Assembly (NCBI GenBank): GCA_037129835.1
Contig: JBAXUE010000006.1
Coordinates: forward strand, 6,157-70,156
DNA length: 64,000 nucleotides
Direction of reading: 5' to 3'
From: a bacterium
GTDB taxonomy: Bacteria; Patescibacteriota; CPR2; UBA1875; CAIMLA01
In this document: positions 37,970 through 45,736 of the stretch, one piece after another
Position numbering within the stretch: the first letter of the stretch is position 1
Layout: each line of letters begins with the position of its first letter
Notes under the pieces: generated by a model
Databases searched by the model: none
The model's input: only the letters and a program-made list of their open reading frames with translations
What the model was told of the DNA's origin: nothing
Translations under genes and position numbers: made by a program

Positions 37970-38248
37970 TTAGTCCCACATCCCTTCATCTTCGTATTTG
38001 TTACTCTTAAAGCATTTAGGACAGGTCTTATAATCCCACCTCACTAGCTTGTGGTCTCCGCAATCAGGACAGATGGGGCAATCGCCAGGCCAACCATCAA
38101 TCTTCGCATCACCTCTTACTATGACGATTTCATTCTTTTTATTGCAGTAATACGGGGTTTGATAGGATAGGCTTATTCCTGACACCCCGCTGAAGAAACC
38201 ATTCCTGTATCCACAATCACCGCACTTATAAGAGATTATCGAGCCCAT
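37970..38248 (-). CDS. Cys-rich zinc-finger hypothetical protein
   Basis: CGDC, CPDC and CPKC pairs; C-terminal GMWD. Confidence 0.75.
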   Translation of the reverse strand: MGSIISYKCGDCGYRNGFFSGVSGISLSYQTPYYCNKKNEIVIVRGDAKIDGWPGDCPICPDCGDHKLVRWDYKTCPKCFKSNKYEDEGMWD

Positions 38249-38329
38249 TTATTGCCTCTCTATAAACGCTATTACTCCTAACAAGACAAGGAAGAAGACA
38301 GCCATTAGGATAAACGTTTTTAATTCCAT
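38249..38329 (-). CDS. 26-aa single-TM peptide (not in the ORF track)
   Basis: MELKTFILMAVFFLVLLGVIAFIERQ; its stop abuts the next ATG. Confidence 0.5.
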   Translation of the reverse strand: MELKTFILMAVFFLVLLGVIAFIERQ

Positions 38330-38333
38330 TTCA

Positions 38334-38486
38334 TTAGCCTATAAAGTTGATAAAACCAGTTTTATTAGCGTAGAACCAGAATAGCATTACTGCGATAGCG
38401 AGAACTGTTGCACCAATACTTGCCCACAAATTTTTCTTCCAGGGTAGAAAATACATAAAAGCTATTAGTGCGATTACTTCTATCAA
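38334..38486 (-). CDS. 50-aa two-TM peptide (not in the ORF track)
   Basis: AAGGAG then TTG start; MIEVIALIAFMYFLPWKKNLWASIGATVLAIAVMLFWFYANKTGFINFIG. Confidence 0.55.
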   Translation of the reverse strand: MIEVIALIAFMYFLPWKKNLWASIGATVLAIAVMLFWFYANKTGFINFIG

Positions 38487-38497
38487 TTGTCTGGCTC

Positions 38498-38517
38498 CTT
38501 TTGCCCAATCCTAGCAT
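38498..38517 (-). promoter_or_regulatory. Duplicated promoter/leader unit, copy 1
   Basis: ATGCTAGGATTGGGCAAAAG (minus strand), identical to 38986-39005; TTAACA-17-TAGGAT. Confidence 0.6.
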
Positions 38518-38570
38518 TGCTTTTTGGGTCTGTTAAATATCTTTGAAAATATTCTCATTTCATCAAACGC

Positions 38571-38972
38571 CTATACTATTTGTCCGTAGAATATCACCCA
38601 GCCGACTAATGAACCCAGCCACAATGCCATTACACCGATTCTATATAATTTTCTACCGTTTTTCAGTCCCATTGCTTCAAACAATTCATCTATTGATTCA
38701 TTCGCAGACTTATCTTTTCCGTAGTTTGTATGATTTGTATCTTTCGGTAGCGCATTTATACCAGCGATTAACGAAATTGCTAATGGGACTAAGGGGTCTT
38801 TATGAAATACACTTCCGAGATATGGGAGTGAAAGTCCCAGGAAAAACATAATCGGTATCCATATTTTGAATTGCTTCTTATCCCAAACAAAATAGTTTGA
38901 GGTAAGAGAAATAATGCTTGAGAGAATAAAGACCGCAACTAATACAGCTACTAATCCTATGAAGAATTCCAC
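38571..38972 (-). CDS. Hypothetical membrane protein (about 4 TM)
   Basis: Start set at GTG (VEFFIGLV) after AAGGGG; hydrophobic helices. Confidence 0.7.
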   Translation of the reverse strand: MEFFIGLVAVLVAVFILSSIISLTSNYFVWDKKQFKIWIPIMFFLGLSLPYLGSVFHKDPLVPLAISLIAGINALPKDTNHTNYGKDKSANESIDELFEAMGLKNGRKLYRIGVMALWLGSLVGWVIFYGQIV

Positions 38973-38985
38973 AAAGGACCCCTTT

Positions 38986-39005
38986 CTTTTGCCCAATCCT
39001 AGCAT
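38986..39005 (-). promoter_or_regulatory. Duplicated promoter/leader unit, copy 2
   Basis: TTGCAT-17-TAGGAT with an extended TG. Confidence 0.6.
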
Positions 39006-39070
39006 AAAATAGCCCAAAATGCAATGTTTAGTGAGTTTCAGCAAACATAGCGAAGCTAGATAATTAAGCT

Positions 39071-39331
39071 ATGGCAAATGAGTTCGGAGAATTATCTAAA
39101 GAAGAGAAACAGGCCGACAAAAGAGCCTTCGGCAAGAAGATAGGTATTCTTATTAAGGATGCCCGAATCGCCAAGGGAATGACTCAAGATGAAGTAGCTG
39201 ATAAGGCTGGTTTATACAGAACCTATGTAGGATTTATTGAAAAAGGTGCCTACTCACCTAGTGTATATACTGTTCAGAAAATTGCTAAGGCGTTAGATAC
39301 AAAGCTAAGTTCTCTGCTGAAAGACCTCTAG
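39071..39331 (+). CDS. XRE-family HTH transcriptional regulator (C-protein-like)
   Basis: IKDARIAKGMTQDEVADKAGLYRTYVGFIEKG..SPS...KIAKAL. Confidence 0.92.
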   Translation: MANEFGELSKEEKQADKRAFGKKIGILIKDARIAKGMTQDEVADKAGLYRTYVGFIEKGAYSPSVYTVQKIAKALDTKLSSLLKDL

Positions 39332-39376
39332 GATAATCAAAAAGGGACCTTAAATAGTCCCTTTTTGTTATTATCC
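39331..39376. terminator. Bidirectional terminator
   Basis: GGATAATCAAAAGGGAC-loop-GTCCCTTTTTGTTATTATCC. Confidence 0.75.
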
Positions 39377-39524
39377 TTTCTTTTATAGCTCACTAGCTAG
39401 ACTGAATTGTGTTATATCTTTAGAGCTTAGGCTTCGGACCTGATGATAGTATGCTCGCCAAAGTTTGCTATTTGGAACTAAGGTTCAAGTAGCCAGGAAT
39501 TTGTTCGAGTATTCTAAGTCAATT

Positions 39525-39554
39525 AAAAGAAGCATCGTGCTAGATGCTTCTTTT
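39525..39554. terminator. Bidirectional terminator (repeat family copy A)
   Basis: AAAAGAAGCATC-GTGCTA-GATGCTTCTTTT. Confidence 0.8.
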
Positions 39555-39579
39555 AATTTTTAGCCAAGTATTTAATAAT

Positions 39580-40062
39580 TTATTTCTTATTAGCCCTTAG
39601 AAGATCTGGATAACCTGCGCCAATAATCTGATTCTCCTTTTTCAAACCAAGCTCTATGGCAACTTCATCTATAATAGCTCTATCTTTGCCTTCAAGCTCT
39701 AGATACTGACCCAAACCAGTGATTTCATCTAGTACAATCTCGAGGTTCTTGTAGCCTGCGATTTGTCTCTTCTTTTCGACCACAACATCTATCTGATAAT
39801 GTAATTTATCTAATATTTCTTTTATTATTTCTGGCGAAGTCACACCACTCTCCCACTCTTTGGTAAGATACTCGTCTACATATTCGTGATACTCAAAGCT
39901 GGCCCCACCTTTTGATTCACGTACCCTGAGATATAGGTTTGGATCGGGCATAATATAATAAGTATCGGTTGACTTCTTTACTTCAGAAAAATCGAATTTA
40001 GAGTGCATACTTTCGAACTGACCATTACTAATTTTGAATTTTATTTCCAACTCTTCATTCAT
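39580..40062 (-). CDS. CYTH-domain protein (class IV adenylate cyclase-like)
   Basis: ELEIKF, DTYY, LRVR, VEKKR, LDEITGLGQYLELE and GYPDLL; start MNEE after AGGAG. Confidence 0.88.
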   Translation of the reverse strand: MNEELEIKFKISNGQFESMHSKFDFSEVKKSTDTYYIMPDPNLYLRVRESKGGASFEYHEYVDEYLTKEWESGVTSPEIIKEILDKLHYQIDVVVEKKRQIAGYKNLEIVLDEITGLGQYLELEGKDRAIIDEVAIELGLKKENQIIGAGYPDLLRANKK

Positions 40063-40176
40063 TAAGATTCTCCTTTTATTTATATTAGTAACAGTTATTG
40101 TTCTTGAGTATTTTACAAGCATTCCTACTCTATAGTGATCTAGCTAAAGCAGGAATTGTTTAAAATAAACCAGATT

Positions 40177-43071
40177 CTAGCGCCTCATACTTATTTCAAT
40201 ATCATTGTTATTTACTTGAAATTTTTTATTAATATCGCTCTCTGCTAATAGATTGGACTCAATGGTTATCGCCAATACTTCTTTTTGGATAGTTTCGCCG
40301 AATTTTTCAAATACATCTTCCATACCCCTGTAACCTACATAGATTCTATCATCAATCTCATAACCTGCTGCCTTACGTTCTTCCTGAATAATTCTGACTA
40401 TTTCACGTGCAGAACCTTCTAGTTGCAGTTCCTTACTTATCTTGAAATTGAGATCAACACTAGTTACGGGTCCGCTTTTAAATACTACTTTCTTGACGTT
40501 GACTTCCTCTCGAATAATGTCCTGGAAATCTTCGCCTATACTATAATCTGTAAGAATAATCTCACTCAGTGGTTGTCGGACTTTTACCTTGTTCGTTGCG
40601 CGCAATTGTAGAGCTTCTTTTATAATTACCCTGGTATCAGACATCTTCTCATTCAGCTTATCATCAATAAAAGATATATCGGCGACCGGGTAATCCACTA
40701 AATGAACAGATTCTTCACTAGTTAAATTTTTATAAATCTCTTCAGCGATAAAGGGAGTAAATGGCGCCATGACACATGAGAGTTTAACCAATACATAGTG
40801 CAGAGTTTGGTAGGCATCATTCTTATCATTGTCGTCTTCACTCTTCCAGAATCTTTTACGGCTACGGCGAATATACCAATTTGAAAGCTCATCAATAAAC
40901 TCCATAATTGGCTTAGTGGCGTTTGGCAAATCATAGGCAAGCATATTATCATCAACTGTTTGTATTAATTTATGCAATTTTGACATTATCCATCTATCTA
41001 ACAGATTCTCGACTTGAACTTTACCTGCGCTTGTTGGCGACCATCCATCAATATTGGCGTACATTACAAAAAAACCATAACTATTCCAAAGCGTAGCTAG
41101 CTTTCTTTGAATGTCAGAAACATCTTTGTCCGTCAGGGAAAAATCTTCGCCATTTAGAAGAGGTGAACTTAATAATAAATAACGAAGCGCATCGGCGCTG
41201 AACTTATCTAGCAAAATATTGGGGTCAGTGTAGTTTCCCAAAGACTTCGACATTTTCTTGCCATCAGAGCCAGCAATCGTCCCTGTGACAATTACATTTT
41301 CAAAAGATTCCTTCCCAAAAAGGCCTACGGAGATAACATGCATATAGTAGAACCAAGCTCGTACCTGCCCAACATATTCCGAGATAAAGTCGCCTGGGAA
41401 ATTTTCTTCAAATTTTTCCTTATTTTCGAATGGATAATGGAACTGTGCAAATGGCATACTTCCACTTTCAAACCAACAATCCAAGACTTTTTCAATTCTT
41501 TCCATTTTCACACCATCAATTTCGAAAGTGATCTTGTCAACATATGGTAAGTGATAATCTTCCAATGATACCCCTGAAAGTTCCTTCAATTCTGCATAGC
41601 TTCCGACCACTTTGGTTATTACTGTCCCGTCGGCCTTGGTGCCGCGCCAGACAGGTAATGCTGTTGCCCAAAAACGATCTCTGCTAATATTCCAATCTGG
41701 GGCTGTCTCAACTGTATTTTTAAAACGCTTTTCCTTGAAATGGGCTGGAAACCAGTTGATATTCTTGTTTGTTGCCAACATATCATTTTTCTGTCCATCA
41801 ACATTCATAAACCAACTCGGATGAGCCCGGTACATTAATTTCGTACCACATCTATGACAATGGGGATAATCATGTTGTATATATTCTATTTTCAAAGCCT
41901 TGTCTTCGGCCATAAGGGTTTTTGCAATTTCTTTATTTGCTTCCCAGATGTTTTGATCTTTCCATCTTCCATCAGTATAAATTCCGTGTTCATTCACAGG
42001 ATTTATCATTGGTATCTTTTCGATCTCTGCAATCGCGTAATCATCTTCACCAAATGCGGGTGCTATATGCACAATACCAGTTCCATCTTCTGTAGTTACA
42101 AAATCAGCACCAATTACCCTATAAGCCTTGTTGCTATGGCTCTCAAAAAGTGGTTTGTACCGCTTTCCCACCAGGTCAGAACCGCTCATTTCACCGACTA
42201 TTTCTGGTATATTTTTGCCCGTCAAGGATACATCATCTGGAGCGAATAAAAAGTCCTTTTTCTTTTCAAAGATCTCTTTTGCCAAGATAAGATACTCTGT
42301 TTTACTACTTTTATTAGTAAAACGCACCTTTACATATTTTACTTTTTCCCCCACCGCTAGAGCCATGTTAGCTACCAATGTCCATGGAGTAGTCGTCCAT
42401 GCTAAGAAAAAGGTATCTTTATCATTTTCTAGTTCGAATTTTACATATATTGAAGGGTCAGTGATAACCTTATAGCTATTGTCCATGGCTACTTCAGATT
42501 TAGATATTGGGGTAGCACATCTAGTACAATACATTAGCACCTTTTCCCCTTCATATATCTTCCCCTTTTCGTACAATTGCTTAAAAGCCCACCATACGCT
42601 CTCCATATAATCTTTATCCATGGTCTTATAAGCATTTTTAAATTCTACCCAGCGTCCGATTCTTTCAATCATGTCTTCCCATGCATCACTGCCCTGTGCC
42701 ATTTCGGTACGGCATGTTTCTATATATTTTTCTAAGCCAATCTTGGGGATATCGCGCTTGTCCTTGATGCCTAATTTTTTTTCTACTAAGTTCTCTGCGG
42801 GAAGACCATGGCAATCCCAGCCCCAACGGCGTTCGACGTGCTTACCTTTCATTGTCCAGTACCTAGGTACTGCGTCTTTAACAATAGAAGAAAGTAAAGT
42901 TCCATAGTGAGGTACACCCGTAATAAATGGTGGGCCATCATAAAAAACATAAGAATTATTCTTGTCTCTATTTTGTACTGATTTTTCGAAAATATTATTT
43001 TTATTCCAGAAAGTGATTGTTTCAGCTTCCATCTGAGAATAATTTTTCTTTAAATCTACTTTTTTAAACAT
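40177..43071 (-). CDS. ileS: Isoleucyl-tRNA synthetase (IleRS2 type)
   Basis: DGPPFITGVPHYGT, GWDCHGLP, WTTTPWTL, GTGIVH, DWNISRDRFW, KMSKS and WYIRRSRKRFW. Confidence 0.97.
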   Translation of the reverse strand: MFKKVDLKKNYSQMEAETITFWNKNNIFEKSVQNRDKNNSYVFYDGPPFITGVPHYGTLLSSIVKDAVPRYWTMKGKHVERRWGWDCHGLPAENLVEKKLGIKDKRDIPKIGLEKYIETCRTEMAQGSDAWEDMIERIGRWVEFKNAYKTMDKDYMESVWWAFKQLYEKGKIYEGEKVLMYCTRCATPISKSEVAMDNSYKVITDPSIYVKFELENDKDTFFLAWTTTPWTLVANMALAVGEKVKYVKVRFTNKSSKTEYLILAKEIFEKKKDFLFAPDDVSLTGKNIPEIVGEMSGSDLVGKRYKPLFESHSNKAYRVIGADFVTTEDGTGIVHIAPAFGEDDYAIAEIEKIPMINPVNEHGIYTDGRWKDQNIWEANKEIAKTLMAEDKALKIEYIQHDYPHCHRCGTKLMYRAHPSWFMNVDGQKNDMLATNKNINWFPAHFKEKRFKNTVETAPDWNISRDRFWATALPVWRGTKADGTVITKVVGSYAELKELSGVSLEDYHLPYVDKITFEIDGVKMERIEKVLDCWFESGSMPFAQFHYPFENKEKFEENFPGDFISEYVGQVRAWFYYMHVISVGLFGKESFENVIVTGTIAGSDGKKMSKSLGNYTDPNILLDKFSADALRYLLLSSPLLNGEDFSLTDKDVSDIQRKLATLWNSYGFFVMYANIDGWSPTSAGKVQVENLLDRWIMSKLHKLIQTVDDNMLAYDLPNATKPIMEFIDELSNWYIRRSRKRFWKSEDDNDKNDAYQTLHYVLVKLSCVMAPFTPFIAEEIYKNLTSEESVHLVDYPVADISFIDDKLNEKMSDTRVIIKEALQLRATNKVKVRQPLSEIILTDYSIGEDFQDIIREEVNVKKVVFKSGPVTSVDLNFKISKELQLEGSAREIVRIIQEERKAAGYEIDDRIYVGYRGMEDVFEKFGETIQKEVLAITIESNLLAESDINKKFQVNNNDIEISMRR

Positions 43072-43090
43072 AATATTACCTTTTACTTAT

Positions 43091-43269
43091 TAAAAAATCG
43101 CCTATAAAACAATCTTTAAGGACGATTTGAAGTCGTGGTACCACCTTATTTCCCCCGTCATATTCATGCCGAGGCTTAATTTTGGCTATTACGGGCCGTC
43201 CGGCAGATTCTACTTGCCCAATAATGGGCTTTCTTTCCACAGCATCGGGAGTGATAGTCCCTCAAACGC
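43091..43269 (-). promoter_or_regulatory. Ile T-box riboswitch (ultrashort Stem I) with intrinsic terminator
   Basis: Stem I GGGA-CTATCAC-TCCC with AUC specifier (43253-43255); Stem II AGAA/AGTA S-turn; IIA/B pseudoknot; AAGG-TGGTACC-ACGA antiterminator; U-tailed terminator. Confidence 0.9.
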
Positions 43270-43281
43270 TTTTATGGAGTA

Positions 43282-43310
43282 ATTATATGCTTTTGGAGCT
43301 ATTTTGTAAA
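43282..43310 (-). promoter_or_regulatory. Sigma70 promoter of the T-box/ileS transcript
   Basis: TTTACA-17nt-TATAAT. Confidence 0.7.
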
Positions 43311-43672
43311 GATTATTGGTCATATTTTACGAAGATATTATATATATTATAACCTACTCGAAACACCAAACTAAATACACTTTTGCCTATTCTATCAATT
43401 GGGGCAAGCTGCGAAGCTTAAATATATTCCAATACCTATTTGTTAGCCATTACAAAATAACCGTCCCCACGCCACTTACTTCGTCAAATAGAACATACAT
43501 AATAAGCTACTTCCTGTATTTTATATATTTAACAAAAGATCTGTAATGCTGATATGTATTATTATTGCTATAATTACCGTGATATTAAGCCCAGAAACAC
43601 AGCAATCTTCGCCCCGAGAACACATTGTTACTGGCAAACGAGAATATGGGGCTCCGTTTTATTGTTTAATAA

Positions 43673-43694
43673 GCCTGCCTGACGGCAGGCAGGC
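43673..43694. repeat. REP-like palindrome
   Basis: GCCTGCCTG-ACGG-CAGGCAGGC. Confidence 0.7.
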
Positions 43695-43881
43695 AGTCAT
43701 CTGTGGAAACAAATATATCCACAAAGGAGCTCCCGGAAATCGACGCGTGGTCGGAATTCGGGGCAAAGCACTGGAGATCTTGGGGATGTGATTTAGCTAG
43801 GGTTCACTAGTAGGACTAGGGCTGTTCTTTATAGCCCTCGCTGTGACGGTCTGGATACTTGCTCAAGTATTCTAGGTTCCA

Positions 43882-43910
43882 AAAAGAAGCATCGTACTGA
43901 TGCTTCTTTT
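43882..43910. terminator. Bidirectional terminator (repeat family copy B)
   Basis: AAAAGAAGCATC-GTACT-GATGCTTCTTTT, same stem as 39525-39554. Confidence 0.8.
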
Positions 43911-43944
43911 ATATGTTAAAATATAATAAAGAAAGGTGGTAAAT

Positions 43945-44337
43945 ATGAAAGAATTACTTCTATATATCTCAACAGTGCCGATATTTTTCGCTATCGATAT
44001 GCTCTGGATCGGAGTAATCGCAAAAGACCTATATTTCAAAACAATTCCCGGCCTTAGTCCCCAGCCAAATTGGTTCGCCGCAATAATCTTCTATCTGCTA
44101 TATATTATAGGAATTTTAATATTCGCAGTCCTACCCAACCTTGATAAGGGTTGGCAGCAAGCTCTAATCTACGGTGCTCTCTTTGGTTTTTTTGCCTATG
44201 CAACATATGATTTAACAAACTACGCAGTTATGAAATCTTGGCCGCTTTCTATTACTCTTATTGATCTAGCGTGGGGAACCACACTTACTGGTATGGTGGC
44301 AACGGCTTCATACTTTATCGGCAAAAAGATATTTTAA
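43945..44337 (+). CDS. DUF2177-family membrane protein
   Basis: IDMLWIG, FYLLYIIG, GALFGFFAYATYDLTN and DLAWGT. Confidence 0.88.
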   Translation: MKELLLYISTVPIFFAIDMLWIGVIAKDLYFKTIPGLSPQPNWFAAIIFYLLYIIGILIFAVLPNLDKGWQQALIYGALFGFFAYATYDLTNYAVMKSWPLSITLIDLAWGTTLTGMVATASYFIGKKIF

Positions 44338-44341
44338 TATA

Positions 44342-45112
44342 ATGTTAACTTATTTATTAATAGTAGCTCTATTTGTATGGTTATATGTAACTTTTTGGTT
44401 TTTTTATGGTCAAAAATTAGCCCGTCTTGACGTCGCTGATGAAGCCTGGGGCCTAGCCCAGCCGCTAATAGTATTGATTGCCATTATATTAACGAAGAAT
44501 AGCTCACTCGACTCCCTGATCATCTTTCTATTAACAACCATATGGGGTTACCGCTTGTTTAGTCATCTTCACAAAAGACATATTAAAAGTCCCGGTGACG
44601 ATATGCGGTATGTCGAAATGAAATCGGGATGGAAAACATTTCCCAGACTAAAAGCTTATATTTATGTCTTCTTGCTTCAAGGATTTCTTATGTATCTTCT
44701 AGGCATAAGCTCAATGATACTAATTTTCTCTCAGCCCAGTCAAAATGTGTTATCGCTTATTGGAATCATAATATGGATAATAGGTATTATTTTTGAAGTA
44801 ATAGCCGATAATCAACTCAAATTATTTGTATCAAATCCCATCAATAAGGGTAAAATAATGGACACTGGATTGTGGAAATACTCCAGACATCCAAACTACT
44901 TTGGCGAAGTTATTATGTGGTGGGGAATCTTTATCTTCGTACTACTGAACACTGGCATATGGTGGGCGATAATATCTCCACTCACAATCACTTATCTTAT
45001 CGTTTTTGTATCCGGCATTCCTCTCACAGAAAAACATTTCAGTAGCAATCCTCTTTGGGAGAAATATAAGTCGAAAACTAGCGCCTTAATACCTTGGCCC
45101 AACAAGAAATAA
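44342..45112 (+). CDS. DUF1295 / steroid 5-alpha-reductase-like membrane protein
   Basis: D..WG, WGYRL, D.RY, ADNQL, GLWKYSRHPNYFGE and SGIP. Confidence 0.9.
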   Translation: MLTYLLIVALFVWLYVTFWFFYGQKLARLDVADEAWGLAQPLIVLIAIILTKNSSLDSLIIFLLTTIWGYRLFSHLHKRHIKSPGDDMRYVEMKSGWKTFPRLKAYIYVFLLQGFLMYLLGISSMILIFSQPSQNVLSLIGIIIWIIGIIFEVIADNQLKLFVSNPINKGKIMDTGLWKYSRHPNYFGEVIMWWGIFIFVLLNTGIWWAIISPLTITYLIVFVSGIPLTEKHFSSNPLWEKYKSKTSALIPWPNKK

Positions 45113-45616
45113 ATGGAAAAAATTGTCGTCAATGATCTTATGCAAAATAACTATTCCTACTCCCCTACTGAAACAATAGGAAATAATTTCGACGCTAGAT
45201 TCCTGCCAGAGCTTACCCCAAAAGAAATGCTCAGGCTTGGTGTTTTTGGCGGTAAATATATGACAGACTGCAGAAATGAATTCCCCGCCGACTGGTTCGA
45301 TAACGTGAAGCTATGTCATGAATTTCATGATGCAAATCTCAACTTCTTTGGTGTCAACGCTTCACAACCGCTTGCAGTTTGGCAAAAAAACGGCTGGATC
45401 TACCCAGAAGATCCTAGGGGTTGGTTTCAGTGGTATTGCCGCTATTATATGGGTCGCCGGATTACAAGCGAAGACAACAGACAAATACGTAGATGGCTAG
45501 CAATGAAAAGACATATATCACAACTTCAAATGAACTGCGTTCCTGGCGATCTATCTTGCAGAAAAAGACAAAGACAAGCACTTCTCCACTGGGCCTACGA
45601 CAGTCGTAAAATGTAA
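45113..45616 (+). CDS. Conserved hypothetical protein
   Basis: PELTPKEMLRLGVFGGKY, DPRGWFQWYCRYYMGRR and RQRQALLHWAYD; translationally coupled to the upstream gene. Confidence 0.85.
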   Translation: MEKIVVNDLMQNNYSYSPTETIGNNFDARFLPELTPKEMLRLGVFGGKYMTDCRNEFPADWFDNVKLCHEFHDANLNFFGVNASQPLAVWQKNGWIYPEDPRGWFQWYCRYYMGRRITSEDNRQIRRWLAMKRHISQLQMNCVPGDLSCRKRQRQALLHWAYDSRKM

Positions 45617-45736
45617 CCTTTGTCGAATTCCCCATATACTACACCTCGATAACTACGGCTTTGCAGTTTTTCATTTGTATGAAATATATCTACATCGTAT
45701 TATGTATAAAGCATAATACTAACAAGGAATTACAAC

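Larger units (their letters stand above)
26784..39462. mobile_element. About 12.7-kb integrative element (defence island) inserted at the 3' end of tRNA-Asp
   Basis: Large serine recombinase abutting the tRNA; TCGCCAAA direct repeat at 26784-26791 and 39455-39462; cargo of R-M-like genes, an XRE regulator and hypotheticals; housekeeping-type genes resume after 39580. Confidence 0.8.

Noticed and set aside
26784-39462. Prophage or conjugative element
   Set aside because: No terminase, capsid, tail, relaxase or T4SS genes recognised
43316-43791. 76-aa and 81-aa ORFs in the ileS upstream region
   Set aside because: No RBS or motifs; the second reads through a promoter box and a REP palindrome
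43781-43810. GGGGATGT as a tmRNA 5' end
   Set aside because: No following TCGAC motif and no tRNA-like 3' end
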